64,000 nt of DNA from Verrucomicrobiota bacterium (GTDB taxonomy: Bacteria > Verrucomicrobiota > Verrucomicrobiia > Opitutales > Seribacteraceae), in NCBI GenBank assembly GCA_027622665.1, contig JAQBYT010000014.1, forward strand, positions 26,932 through 90,931. Direction: 5' to 3'. This document shows positions 40,106-50,193 of this stretch, piece by piece; the stretch's first letter is position 1, and each line of letters starts with the position of its first letter. A model generated the notes under the pieces. The model did no database searches and was not told the DNA's origin. It saw nothing but the letters and a program-made list of their open reading frames with translations. Position numbers and translations under genes: made by a program.

Positions 40106-41305
40106 TCATTCGATTGACCAGCAAAGTCGCTTACGGTCATAGCTGTTGAAAATATCACGAAGAGTGGACAATCTGTCTTTATCGGAAAAACTAGAAAGCC
40201 TCTTCCTACCCTTGGTCACTAGTGCTTTTCTGATATTTACATCATTCGAAAGCAAGGCGATTGCCTTGCCTAGTTCTTCCGGTTTATCGGGAGAAACCAG
40301 CATGGCGGCATCACCTACTTGATCACGAATTCCGGGCAGATCGGAAACAATGACAGGCGTATTTAGTGCAAAAGCCTCGAGCGGAGGCATGTTGGTCGGT
40401 CCGAAATAGGAGGGCATTACCAAGGCCAGACTCTGCTTGTAATATTGGGACATTTGTTCGTCGGGAACAAAACCTACGTACTTGACCAAGTCCTCGACGC
40501 CTTTTCGCGTTGCCATTTCCAGGATGGTAGGCAGGTTGCCGCAGTCCGAACCGCAGAAAACGGCATAAACTTCTTCGGAACCTGACTTCCTTAGGCAAGC
40601 AAGAGCATCGACGATGAGCCTGTGATTCTTATGCGCCCAAAATTGGGCGGGGTAAAAGACATAGGGTGCACCCGAAGGAATTCCCGCTGCCTTTCTAGGG
40701 TCAAAACTCGAGTCTTTCTGTTCATGGGGGCGCTCGGCAGGGGAAATTGATATCCAATGGACACGATTTTGGTCGAGTCCATATCTTTTCTCTAGGTTTT
40801 CCTTTCCCAATGGGGATTCGGCTATTACGGCAACTGCTTTCGAGAGTGCATTACGAGCAAGGTCTTCACGGGCTTCGAACTCGAAACTTTCCCGTACTTC
40901 GGGGAACTCGGGGTGGTCTCTATGGCACAAGTCCCAGAAAGTATAAACATAGTTTAGTCTTTCCAGAAACAGGCAAAGCGGGGAGGGTCCCGTGAAATAA
41001 AGAAGATCGATTTCGTCTCTCTCGAAAATCGAGTCAAAGGGTTGGAAGAAGGCGAATCCTCCTAGCAATCTATTTAGCGTAATATGCTTCCTGATTTTGT
41101 GAACAAGTCGTTGTTTTCGTCCAAAGCGAAAAGCTCTTGTCTTAATTCCTTCCTCGGTGGCCGACAGCATATTTTGCTTGTCTGGAGTGTAGTAAAGAAA
41201 TTCGTGCGGGCTCTCTTCTTTCGATAGTAGCCTTATTGCATTGAGGCTTTGTTGAAAGCAGCCTCCTGCTCGCGGATTACCGTGAAAAATTACTCCTATT
41301 CTCAT
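40106..41305 (-). CDS. Glycosyltransferase family 4
   Basis: WDLCHR, YPAQFWAHKNH, MPSYFGPTNMPPLEA. Confidence 0.92.
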   Translation of the reverse strand: MRIGVIFHGNPRAGGCFQQSLNAIRLLSKEESPHEFLYYTPDKQNMLSATEEGIKTRAFRFGRKQRLVHKIRKHITLNRLLGGFAFFQPFDSIFERDEIDLLYFTGPSPLCLFLERLNYVYTFWDLCHRDHPEFPEVRESFEFEAREDLARNALSKAVAVIAESPLGKENLEKRYGLDQNRVHWISISPAERPHEQKDSSFDPRKAAGIPSGAPYVFYPAQFWAHKNHRLIVDALACLRKSGSEEVYAVFCGSDCGNLPTILEMATRKGVEDLVKYVGFVPDEQMSQYYKQSLALVMPSYFGPTNMPPLEAFALNTPVIVSDLPGIRDQVGDAAMLVSPDKPEELGKAIALLSNDVNIRKALVTKGRKRLSSFSDKDRLSTLRDIFNSYDRKRLCWSIE

Positions 41306-41325
41306 TTTATCGAGAGGGGTAGGGC

Positions 41326-42444
41326 TTAATGCTTAAGCATTTCTAGCAATGTGTCCGCCACTCTATGAATTTCATTATCGGAGATGCCCAGACCAGACGG
41401 AATATAGAAACCTCTTTCTGCAATCCGCTCGGCATTGTGGTGCGAGTCGTTTTCGAATAGCCCCAATTTGTTGAATACAGGCTGCTTGTGCATGGGATAA
41501 AAGAATGGCCGAGTTCCAATTTGTCTTTGCTCAAGTCTGCTCATGACTTCGGTAGCGTTCATAGTGCAGGAATCGTGCAATACAACGGGATATACCCAGT
41601 AGACGTTTTTGGCATAGAAGGTTTCAGGGACAGGAAGCTGCAAAAAAGGGCAGTCCTTGAGAAGATCACTGTACTTTGCCCCGATCTCTCGCTTACGGGC
41701 GATTGTTTCGTCAAGCCTTTCCAGTTGAGCCACGCCAATAGCCGCTTGAATATTCGTCATGCGGAAGTTCCACCCTATTCTTTCATGGTAGAATCGCTTT
41801 GAATTCTGAAAGCACAGGTTGCGAGAGGCTCTGCACCTTTCGTCTATTTTGTCGTCATTGGTCAGGACCATACCTCCTTCTCCAGTCGTTATATGCTTAT
41901 TGGGATAAAAGCTAAAGGTACTAAGGTTGCCAAGGCTTCCGCAAGGACGATCCTTGTACTTCAGACCTATCGCCTCTGCGGCGTCCTCGATAACCTGGAT
42001 GCCTCGTTCCCTCGCGATTTCAAGCACGGGGTCGGCGTCTACCGGTAGACCGTAGATATGAACCAGCATGATTGCCTTCGTTCTGGGCGTGATTGCCGAT
42101 ATGATTTGTTCGGGCGAGGAATTGAATGTTTTTGGGTCGCAATCCACAAGGACCGGGGTGGCGCCACTTTCGATCACGGGGGTGACGCAGGAAATGATGG
42201 TGAAGGAGGGCACGATGACCTCATCTTCGGGGGAAAGGTCGAGCGCATTGACTGCGCAATGAAGTGCGGCAGTGCCACTGGATACTGCAATGGCGTGTTT
42301 TCGATCATGTCTGAGAGCGCATTGTTCTTCGAATTGACTGACGAAGGGACCTTCCGATGAGATCCATCCGCTTTCCACCGCTTCCATCAAGTATTTTGAC
42401 TCGTTTCCATCAAGTTTCGGCTCGTTTACGGGAATAGGCTTCAT
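41326..42444 (-). CDS. DegT-family aminotransferase, perosamine-synthase-like
   Basis: WISSEG, SGTAALH, EDAAEA, SFYPNKHITTGEGG, NFRMTNIQAA, TRPFF. Confidence 0.93.
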   Translation of the reverse strand: MKPIPVNEPKLDGNESKYLMEAVESGWISSEGPFVSQFEEQCALRHDRKHAIAVSSGTAALHCAVNALDLSPEDEVIVPSFTIISCVTPVIESGATPVLVDCDPKTFNSSPEQIISAITPRTKAIMLVHIYGLPVDADPVLEIARERGIQVIEDAAEAIGLKYKDRPCGSLGNLSTFSFYPNKHITTGEGGMVLTNDDKIDERCRASRNLCFQNSKRFYHERIGWNFRMTNIQAAIGVAQLERLDETIARKREIGAKYSDLLKDCPFLQLPVPETFYAKNVYWVYPVVLHDSCTMNATEVMSRLEQRQIGTRPFFYPMHKQPVFNKLGLFENDSHHNAERIAERGFYIPSGLGISDNEIHRVADTLLEMLKH

Positions 42445-42486
42445 GCGGTTAAAGGTTTTGGTTCGGTTGTCTTATTGCTTTTGCGT

Positions 42487-43353
42487 TCATCGGGTTGTTG
42501 GCTGTGATGCGCATTTGGCCCGACTCGCCTTGATGCTGTGATAGAGCTGGAAATGCGGAACAAGCATTGAAATGAAGGCCGATCCCCAATCCCCGGCTCT
42601 AAGATCCGTTTCCATCATTGGGCGAAAAGATGCCTTTAAATTGTGCCAATAGCCTTTCAAGGAAGGCTTCTCGTCGGAATCCATATACCAACGCGAGTAC
42701 CGTTCAAGGACTTGAAAAATCGTATTGCTAACGGAACAATATATTTCGAGCTTCGGGTCGCCCATAATGTGATATCCTTTTGAAGAGAGGCGTTCGCCCA
42801 AATCCTGATCTTCCTTGAAGCGAAGCCGTGGGTCAAACCCTCCAACGTCTTCTATCACTTCCCTCGCGAAGATCGTTCCATATGTTATGAGCATGGAGCA
42901 TGGTTCTGCGATTGCATTCTCAAGACTGGCTTCTTTTAATAAATGGCGAGCCCTCCATCGGTCGACGGCTTTCTTCTTTTCCGTCGATTTGAGGGCCCCG
43001 TATACGGCCGCCACGCGATGATCCGAAAAGTGTGGAAGAGTTTTTTCTATGAAACGATTTTCGAGAGAGTTAGTGGCATCCAGCGTCAGAACTAGTCGAC
43101 CTGTTGTCTCTTTGAAGGCGAGCGCCCTGCAATATCCTCTTCCATGGTTTTTATCGAGGCGGATGATTCGAACATCGGGGTCGTCAATAAGTTCAGGGTG
43201 GGGGCAAGGAACTACCGACCCATCGTCTATTATCAGGGTTTCGATGACGGGAATAGATTGTGATTGAATGCTTCGCACGGCCGAGCCAATCGATTCCCAG
43301 TGGTTGAAGCAGGGAATTACTGCGGAAATCGAGGTTTGAAGCTGGTTATTCAA
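42487..43353 (-). CDS. Glycosyltransferase family 2
   Basis: AVIPCFN, IIDDGS, LDA, VGGFD, EDQDL. Confidence 0.88.
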   Translation of the reverse strand: MNNQLQTSISAVIPCFNHWESIGSAVRSIQSQSIPVIETLIIDDGSVVPCPHPELIDDPDVRIIRLDKNHGRGYCRALAFKETTGRLVLTLDATNSLENRFIEKTLPHFSDHRVAAVYGALKSTEKKKAVDRWRARHLLKEASLENAIAEPCSMLITYGTIFAREVIEDVGGFDPRLRFKEDQDLGERLSSKGYHIMGDPKLEIYCSVSNTIFQVLERYSRWYMDSDEKPSLKGYWHNLKASFRPMMETDLRAGDWGSAFISMLVPHFQLYHSIKASRAKCASQPTTR

Positions 43354-43483
43354 GGCAACGAGCCTGGTAGATTTTTCTAGTCGAGTTTAATGATAGCGGA
43401 AGCGAAGGCAGGTTCTGACCATGTTCTTGATAACTTTGGCTTTACGGCAATTAGTGCTACTCAACTGAACGAAGATACAAACT

Positions 43484-44248
43484 TTACTTCTGATGGGCTA
43501 GAATCAACCCCGACCATTCGTTTGTCTTGAGTTTTTGATTGGTCATCCACCCCTCCACAATCTCTACTTGGAAATTTAATTTTTCGAGAAATCTCTCCAA
43601 TAATTCGGGGCAGAGGTAACGGACTTTGTGGAATTCTTTGAATTTGGAGATACTTCCCCTTTCGTTTTCAACGTAAAATGTGTAATCTATCCCAACGCAA
43701 TCTACCGAAGTATCTAGAGTCGGTTCCACTAGTTTCGTGATCTCGAGGCCCTCGGCAGTGTATTTTTGTATCTTCAAATTCGGCCTTTCGCTGAGCACTC
43801 CTGCTTTATTCCAGAAATCGAAGATCAGGATTCCGTCTTCTTTCATTTGATCCTTGAATCGGCTCAGTGACTCGAAAATAAGATCGTCCGTCGTTTGGTA
43901 GCACAGGGAGAAGAACAGGCAGATGACAGCATCTGATTTCGCCGGAGTTTTGTACGCTTCCATCCTGCCGCAAAAAAAAGACGGGGAAGAGGTTTCGCGA
44001 GCTTCTTCGGACAGTTTGCCTTTTGCAATTTCGATCATCTGGGAACTTGAGTCAACGCCCGAGACCCTGTACCCCAGTTCATGCATCGCAAATGCGTAGT
44101 TTCCCGTTCCGCACCCGATGTCCAGAATTGTCTTTGCGTCGGGCTTGTGTTTTTGGATTAATCCGTGGATGTAGGACGATTCTTGCTCATAGTCCTTTTT
44201 CTCGTGAACCAAGTCATAGTACTTCGCGAATTCCCCAAATACGCTCAT
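43484..44248 (-). CDS. Class I SAM-dependent methyltransferase (possible amino-sugar N- or O-methyltransferase)
   Basis: YYDL..KDY, ILDIGCGTG, GVDSS, IFDFW, EFHKVRY. Confidence 0.88.
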   Translation of the reverse strand: MSVFGEFAKYYDLVHEKKDYEQESSYIHGLIQKHKPDAKTILDIGCGTGNYAFAMHELGYRVSGVDSSSQMIEIAKGKLSEEARETSSPSFFCGRMEAYKTPAKSDAVICLFFSLCYQTTDDLIFESLSRFKDQMKEDGILIFDFWNKAGVLSERPNLKIQKYTAEGLEITKLVEPTLDTSVDCVGIDYTFYVENERGSISKFKEFHKVRYLCPELLERFLEKLNFQVEIVEGWMTNQKLKTNEWSGLILAHQK

Positions 44249-44299
44249 GTCAATTTAGGAATTGCCTTAACGTATTGGAGAGCAAATTGGCTTGGGCGA

Positions 44300-44683
44300 T
44301 CAAGTTAAACCCGCAAGGGGAACCTCCAGTCGGTAGGTGTCTTTTTCGTAGTCTCTACCCGTTCTCAAGCCTGATGATAGAACTAGAAAAAGCGTATCCG
44401 CCAAAGCTTCGAAAGAATGTGATTCAAGAAGATCGTGAGAAACCAAATCTCCCTGCTCGACTATTGCCTGCGTTACCGGTTCATCGGGTTTCTTGGCCAA
44501 GCATTTCATTTTTCCGGAAAGGAGGTAGATATGCTGGATGGTTTTCTTGTGAAAATGATTTCCTCGGACCGAACCGGATTTGCTCAGGATTATTGTGGCG
44601 CCATTGAAGTCAACTTGCTCCACGATATCCGTAATCGATCCTCTTTCATCTTCCTGTATGCATTTAATTTTCTTGATTTCCAT
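44300..44683 (-). CDS. Cupin-domain protein (sugar isomerase/epimerase-like)
   Basis: DERG, RGNHFHK, H.F; adjacent to the C-methyltransferase. Confidence 0.8.
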   Translation of the reverse strand: MEIKKIKCIQEDERGSITDIVEQVDFNGATIILSKSGSVRGNHFHKKTIQHIYLLSGKMKCLAKKPDEPVTQAIVEQGDLVSHDLLESHSFEALADTLFLVLSSGLRTGRDYEKDTYRLEVPLAGLT

Positions 44684-44700
44684 GGGTTGGATTTATGTGG

Positions 44701-45930
44701 TTAGTCCAGTATTTTCGGATGCGGAATTGGTATGATGAATTTTCCGCCACCCTCCCTGAACTCCTTAAGGTTATTCATGATCTCTTCGGAAAAATTCCAC
44801 GCGAGTAAAAGCGCATAGTCGATTTGGTTACTAATGAGCGCGTCGTCGGCCAGTACCGGGATATGTACGCCCGGGCAGTGTCTTCCGATCTTGAGTGTGC
44901 TTTTTTCAGTAACGAAATCCAGTGTTTCCGATCCAATGCGACAGTAGTTTAGCAAGGTCATGCCCTTGGCTGGCGCGCTGACCGCCGCTACCTTCTTTCC
45001 GCTTGATTTGAGCGAGTTCAAGAGGGAGATCAGTTCCTCCCTGTTTTTCTTCACCTTTAGGGAGAACTCGTTCAGGGTGTCGGGGCAACTCCATTTGCCG
45101 TCTTTTTCCCGTTGAAGGAAATCGGCGACCCCTTCATTAATTTGGCGTTCTCCAATTCTGGAAATGAAAACACGGAACGAACCACCGTGGATGTCTCTTT
45201 CCAAGACATCCGAAACTTCCATTCCAAATTGATTTGCCAATTTGATGATCGGCTCGAGTAAAAGGTATGACAAATGTTCATGGTAGATGGTGTCGTACTC
45301 AAGAAAATTGATCAAGTTCCCAAAATAAGGGGCTTCGAAAATGAAAATTCCATTCTTTGACAAAAGGATATCAACTGCTTCCATGAAGGACTTCAAGTCA
45401 TCGACATGGGCAAAGACGTTAGTAGCCGTAATTATTGTTGCGTTTCCTTTAGCCCGGACTGCTTTCTCCGCGATTCTTGGCGAAAAGAATTCGTCCCAAG
45501 TCTCGATTCCCCTCTTTTCGGCGATGCGGACGATGTTGCTTGCGGGATCAATTCCCAGAGTGGTCGCTCCTTGCTTGGCGAAAGAACCCAAGAGCACGCC
45601 GACGTTGCTGCCGATATCAACGACTAGGTCACCTTCCCCTATGCCGTAGCTTTTGCAGACGGTTTTCGCGAACTCGTCCCAATGCAGTTGTCCTGATTGA
45701 GTCATTGAGGATTCATAAGGGTAATCACGCCGATAAAGCACTTCTCCAAGTACGACATAACTGAGTTGAGCCAAGCTGCAGTCCTTGCACATCAAGACCG
45801 TCAGGGGGTAGTGTGTTTCAGGTTGCCTTAACTGGTCTTCTCTCAGGAACTGGTCGGCTGGCGGGGTGAACCCCAAATCGAGAAATTCAAAGAGGTTGTT
45901 CGATCCGCAAATCCTGCATCGTGTCACCAT
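44701..45930 (-). CDS. NDP-hexose C-methyltransferase (Zn-binding N-terminus)
   Basis: CRIC...CKDC, DIGSNVG, NVFAH, YHEH, HGGS, APAKG, LLAWNF, IIPIP. Confidence 0.92.
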   Translation of the reverse strand: MVTRCRICGSNNLFEFLDLGFTPPADQFLREDQLRQPETHYPLTVLMCKDCSLAQLSYVVLGEVLYRRDYPYESSMTQSGQLHWDEFAKTVCKSYGIGEGDLVVDIGSNVGVLLGSFAKQGATTLGIDPASNIVRIAEKRGIETWDEFFSPRIAEKAVRAKGNATIITATNVFAHVDDLKSFMEAVDILLSKNGIFIFEAPYFGNLINFLEYDTIYHEHLSYLLLEPIIKLANQFGMEVSDVLERDIHGGSFRVFISRIGERQINEGVADFLQREKDGKWSCPDTLNEFSLKVKKNREELISLLNSLKSSGKKVAAVSAPAKGMTLLNYCRIGSETLDFVTEKSTLKIGRHCPGVHIPVLADDALISNQIDYALLLAWNFSEEIMNNLKEFREGGGKFIIPIPHPKILD

Positions 45931-46039
45931 GTTTAGTTACTTTTGTTGAGTGTTAATAATGCCTGTAATATTTTTTTGCCAACTCCGAACCATTAAATTT
46001 TCGATTAAAAGTATTGTCCGAAGTCTGGCGAGTATCTTC

Positions 46040-46963
46040 TTATCTTTTGAAGAGTCCATGGAGTTTATGCGGAAGAGTTTTCAAAAAGTTTTTAAACTGT
46101 CGTGTAATTGTAGGCCCTTCTTTTTGGCGATAACGCAATTCGAACCCTTTATCTCTTTTGATTGTCGGGTGGACGAGTGGGAATTCGATGGATTCCATTC
46201 GTTCCGGAAAGAAAGGGACTCGTTTGTCGCTCTTTGTATTGGAGGCATCGGGGCCAATTCCTATGTTTGAGACTAGATTCTTATGGGGAACAACAGAGAG
46301 ACCGTTTTGACTCCAGCAAGCGTAAATCCATTGGTAGGACCAAGCCCACGGATCTTCGTTTTGGCAATGTAGGTCGAACATGGAACGGGTGCCTTTGCGT
46401 TCCTTTCCAGTGTGGCACCACTGGTTGAGAATTTCATCTTGCGGAGCACTGTTCCAGCTTTCCATTCGCAGATCGAAACTCTGCCATGCTCGAGCCCAGG
46501 TGGCCCAACCCCAAACATTCACGATCGAACAAAGTGAGTAGGAGTTGGAACTGGCAAAACTTTCTGAGTGCAGGTTGCATCCAGATATGTGGGCAACTCG
46601 GTGGTCGTTTGCATATCGGAGAAGGAGTTCCTCGCAAAAGTGAAAAAAAGAATCGTTAGGAACGGTGTCGTCCTCTAGGATGACGGCGGCTTTTTCGTGG
46701 GAGAAGACTTCGTCGAGTCCAGTTTGCACGCGCCTAGCAAGCCCGAGGTTTTTATCGGAGTAGACAGGTCTTAGTTCACAATCCCAATCAATCCCGTTTT
46801 CGACGATTTGCCGAACCTCCCGACATTTGGACTCAAGGTCAGGTGTCTTTGGTCCGTCTGCGATCAAATATAGGCGAGGAGGGCGTGCTTGGCGAATGGT
46901 TTCAAATACTCGTCTTGTCGAGTCTGGTCGTTTGTAGACAATGAATGCAATGGCAGTGTTCAT
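46040..46963 (-). CDS. GT-A-fold nucleotide-diphospho-sugar transferase (start ATG 46963)
   Basis: YKRPD, ADGP, NLG, ILEDD, WGWATWARAW, NLVSNIG. Confidence 0.85.
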   Translation of the reverse strand: MNTAIAFIVYKRPDSTRRVFETIRQARPPRLYLIADGPKTPDLESKCREVRQIVENGIDWDCELRPVYSDKNLGLARRVQTGLDEVFSHEKAAVILEDDTVPNDSFFHFCEELLLRYANDHRVAHISGCNLHSESFASSNSYSLCSIVNVWGWATWARAWQSFDLRMESWNSAPQDEILNQWCHTGKERKGTRSMFDLHCQNEDPWAWSYQWIYACWSQNGLSVVPHKNLVSNIGIGPDASNTKSDKRVPFFPERMESIEFPLVHPTIKRDKGFELRYRQKEGPTITRQFKNFLKTLPHKLHGLFKR

Positions 46964-47772
46964 TATGAAGCGGGAAGTTCTCGACCTCGTAGGCACGCAC
47001 AGAAGTTGCTGTATATGGAGAAATGAGGGGTTTCGGATATTTTGATTTTCTTCAATCCCAGTGGATGGATGACATGCAGATCAAACCCGAGTTGATCAAG
47101 AAATCGGAAGGTTGCGCATGGTGAGCATCCCGATTGTTCCCAAGCTCTGGTAACCTCGAATTGTATGAGAGAGATTTTGCCTTCGGACAAGGTTTGTCTA
47201 GCGCCGAGTAAAGCATAGTGATCAAATCCTTCGAGGTCCAGTTTCAGAAGATCAATAGAAGGCCACTTTAACTCCTTCATGAGTTCGTCTATGGTCTGGG
47301 TCAGTACGGTCCCCCCGTTTTCGGTCGTTGGGCAGGAAAAGTTAAGGTGAGCGTGAGTGTCGATTTTCGATCGAAGCACAAAGGGTAACTTGTCCCTTCG
47401 ATAATCTAGAGCAAAACACTTGACCGTTACTTTGCTTTCGTCTTGGAATCGTGTTTGAAGGGCTTGGCTCAGTTGTTCGTTTGGCTCAATGAGCACGATA
47501 TCCTTTAGCTCCGGACGGGCTCGTATCAATGTGGCGCTCCAGTCTCCTTGATTCGCTCCTCCGTCAATGACTCGTTCGAGCGGAACCTTAGTGTCCTCGA
47601 TGAATTTCTTTTCGCCATTGAGCTCGAACTCGGGAGGGCAACACATACTCGATTCGGCTAGTATCCTCGACCATTTTTCGAGGAGATTGGCACCTTTGCT
47701 TTTAATTCCAGAACTGAGTAAATATAAAAGGAAGTTAAGTGTTTTTCTCTTCAATCTCAGAAAACCTTTCAA
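46963..47772 (-). CDS. FkbM-family methyltransferase
   Basis: NGE, IDGGANQG, IEPN, LKLDLEGFD, IQFE. Confidence 0.88.
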   Translation of the reverse strand: MKGFLRLKRKTLNFLLYLLSSGIKSKGANLLEKWSRILAESSMCCPPEFELNGEKKFIEDTKVPLERVIDGGANQGDWSATLIRARPELKDIVLIEPNEQLSQALQTRFQDESKVTVKCFALDYRRDKLPFVLRSKIDTHAHLNFSCPTTENGGTVLTQTIDELMKELKWPSIDLLKLDLEGFDHYALLGARQTLSEGKISLIQFEVTRAWEQSGCSPCATFRFLDQLGFDLHVIHPLGLKKIKISETPHFSIYSNFCACLRGRELPAS

Positions 47773-48599
47773 TTGGGATTCACTTGGTTGGAGACTTTAG
47801 CGCTAATGGCAGAGTGAGGGTAAAAGGCTAGGTGTGCTTTTTCCATCGCAACCGAATGGATGGAAGAGTGAAAGAGCAGAGCGTCGGTTTGAAGCAGATA
47901 ACCGTGATGGTAGTGGGGTTGGTAGAGGTTGAACAAGTGGTAATTGTGTTTTTCCGTGAGGTCGTGAAGAATTGCAGCGGCGGAGGACTGAGATTCGTAG
48001 GAAGGGTGGAACATGATCTCACAAAGTATGCACTTGATCCTTCCTTCCGAGAGAGCCTTGGAAGCTCCGATTAGAGCTGGCAGTTCGGAACCTTGAAGGT
48101 CTATTTTTAGTAAGTCGACCTGTTCGATTGCATGTTCGTGGATGAAATCATCGAGCGTTTGGCTTTTGACCTTGATTTCGCCGGTGGTCGACAGCAGGTC
48201 TCCATAGATTTTCTTTCCGTCTTCATTTGATTTTAACAATGAGTTCGTTCCCTCGGATTTGTTGATTTGGAGGAATTTCGAACCATTTTGGTCGGATAGG
48301 GCTAGTTTTGCAGGTTGAATATGTTTGTTTTTGGATGCGATGCTTTCAAGGCTTTCGTGGAATGGAGGGTAGGGTTCTACTGCGTGGACAGTTGCGAGCG
48401 GGAACAACTTTGCCAACTTTTGTGAGATGTCTCCAATGGAGGCTCCCGCGTCAATTATTGTGGTTACCTCTTTGGAGTCGAGCAGGAGAGGAAGTGCATG
48501 ATAGGGGTCGTCGGCTTGTTCAAATTGTTTTTTACGACGAAGTTCGAAACCTAAGGCGTCAAGAGATGTCCGAAGAGTTCTTTTTACGAAATTTAGCAT
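47769..48599 (-). CDS. FkbM-family methyltransferase
   Basis: IDAGASIG, VEP, LKIDLQGSE, QTDALL. Confidence 0.9.
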   Translation of the reverse strand: MLNFVKRTLRTSLDALGFELRRKKQFEQADDPYHALPLLLDSKEVTTIIDAGASIGDISQKLAKLFPLATVHAVEPYPPFHESLESIASKNKHIQPAKLALSDQNGSKFLQINKSEGTNSLLKSNEDGKKIYGDLLSTTGEIKVKSQTLDDFIHEHAIEQVDLLKIDLQGSELPALIGASKALSEGRIKCILCEIMFHPSYESQSSAAAILHDLTEKHNYHLFNLYQPHYHHGYLLQTDALLFHSSIHSVAMEKAHLAFYPHSAISAKVSNQVNPN

Positions 48600-49309
48600 G
48601 GGGCAAAGCCTAAAGGGAGAGCCACAGTCTCATTTCTTTCTGAGTGGTGCGATAGGATCAGATTCACTCCGTTGTGATACTTGGGGTTGTGTTCTCTGAG
48701 GGCAGGAAGTTCAAGCAGTCCCAAGGGGTCGGACTTGTCGGTTTCCACAATTATTATGCGGGCTTGGATCGCTTCGCCTAGACTGGCGAATACTTCTTGC
48801 TCGTGACCTTCGACGTCTACTGAGAGCAGGTCCATTTTTCTAAACCTGTGATTACGATTCAAAATTTCGCTGAAGGTTGTGGCTTGAACGGTTTGTGTGG
48901 TTGAGCCGTTTTCGCATGAACCGATATGCGAGAGTACGGCTTCGTAGCCGTTTTCTACAAAGGGGAGTCGTCCGCTTCGGTCTGATACAGCTTGACGGAA
49001 GCATTTAACCTTAGGATGGAAGAGGTGGTTGAGGCGAAGTTTTCTGTAGGTGACGACCGAGGGTTCGAAGCAGAGACCGCGAGCGCCCATTTTGGCAAAC
49101 TTGTACGTGTTGGAGAACAAAACCCCGTCATTGGCTCCAATATCGATGAATGAATCAACTTGGCCTAGAAGACGCTCGACCAATAAGTCTTCGCCGTGCT
49201 GAGCATAACTTTCTCGATGCTCCTTCCAATTTCGCAGGAGTACGCCCCAATAGTACTTGGCATACCTGAGTTTGGTGAGAGTGGATCGAGGACTTAGCAA
49301 AGTTCGCAA
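48593..49309 (-). CDS. FkbM-family methyltransferase
   Basis: YAQHGED, DIGANDG..SNT, FEP, SVDVEGHE. Confidence 0.9.
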   Translation of the reverse strand: MRTLLSPRSTLTKLRYAKYYWGVLLRNWKEHRESYAQHGEDLLVERLLGQVDSFIDIGANDGVLFSNTYKFAKMGARGLCFEPSVVTYRKLRLNHLFHPKVKCFRQAVSDRSGRLPFVENGYEAVLSHIGSCENGSTTQTVQATTFSEILNRNHRFRKMDLLSVDVEGHEQEVFASLGEAIQARIIIVETDKSDPLGLLELPALREHNPKYHNGVNLILSHHSERNETVALPLGFAPC

Positions 49310-50187
49310 TGGGAGAATTGAGACAGTGAAGAGATTTCAGTGTTTGCGGTTACATTTAGGCGTGGCACTCTGCCATGAAAGGACAACCATGTTCCAAACG
49401 AACTAGGTGGACCGATATTGTAGTCACAGAGAGATAGTGAGTGGAGATCCACAATGGGTTCGGTTTCCCGAAAGGAGGTGACCGGTAATTCTCCGAATAG
49501 GTCGATAGGTGGAGCTTCATCCGAACATAAGAGAAAGCCCACGGGCTTTTCTTCCTTCTGTTCAAGTAACCTTTTAATTTGAATCATCCATTGCTTGTAT
49601 TTTAACCACTCGTGGAAATGGATGCCGCCCAGAAATTGCCGATAATCTCCTCTTCGGGCATGGATCCCGACTACAATTTGGAATGTCTTCCTTAGTTTCG
49701 TGACGTGGTCTTCGGCTAGTTTCCGTAGGGATGCTTGGGGCGTAAGCAGTTCTCGGATTTGATCTTGATGCGATGCGAGAGATTGTGGGCAGCGTAAATC
49801 CCAAGCTCGCGTGAGAATGATTGGCTTGCTTTGATTTTCATTAAAGCACCGATTCAAATCCTCTTCGGTCAAGTACTCGTCGTCGGGTTTTGCCACTACC
49901 TTTACCCAACGTCTCAAGAGCGAAAGGCGTTTGTCGCTTCTTGCCAAGCGATGCACGAAAGATTCCTTTTTTGTCTTGAGGAAGATTCGACCGAGAAAAG
50001 ATCGGGAACTGAACCAAAGATGGATGGGTATTGTTTCCTGTTGGAAGAAGAGTGATGATGAAGAAAGAAAGCTTAGGTTGAGAAGGTTTACTTTGTGTTC
50101 GATGCACCACGCCAAGGCGTTGGCATGAGTATGTAGACGGTTCCCGAGTTGGCCGTAGTCGGCTTGAAGAATGAGCCATCGAGACAC
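49294..50187 (-). CDS. GT11-like (alpha-1,2-fucosyltransferase-like) glycosyltransferase
   Basis: GQLGNRL, VGIHARRGDY, CSDE, DL..LS.CD, SSFG.W. Confidence 0.8.
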   Translation of the reverse strand: MSRWLILQADYGQLGNRLHTHANALAWCIEHKVNLLNLSFLSSSSLFFQQETIPIHLWFSSRSFLGRIFLKTKKESFVHRLARSDKRLSLLRRWVKVVAKPDDEYLTEEDLNRCFNENQSKPIILTRAWDLRCPQSLASHQDQIRELLTPQASLRKLAEDHVTKLRKTFQIVVGIHARRGDYRQFLGGIHFHEWLKYKQWMIQIKRLLEQKEEKPVGFLLCSDEAPPIDLFGELPVTSFRETEPIVDLHSLSLCDYNIGPPSSFGTWLSFHGRVPRLNVTANTEISSLSQFSHCELC

Positions 50188-50193
50188 TGTGAA

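Noticed and set aside
43354..43483. 130-nt gap as another gene remnant or bridging ORF
   Set aside because: Short open frames exist, but none is coupled at both ends or resembles a recognisable protein.
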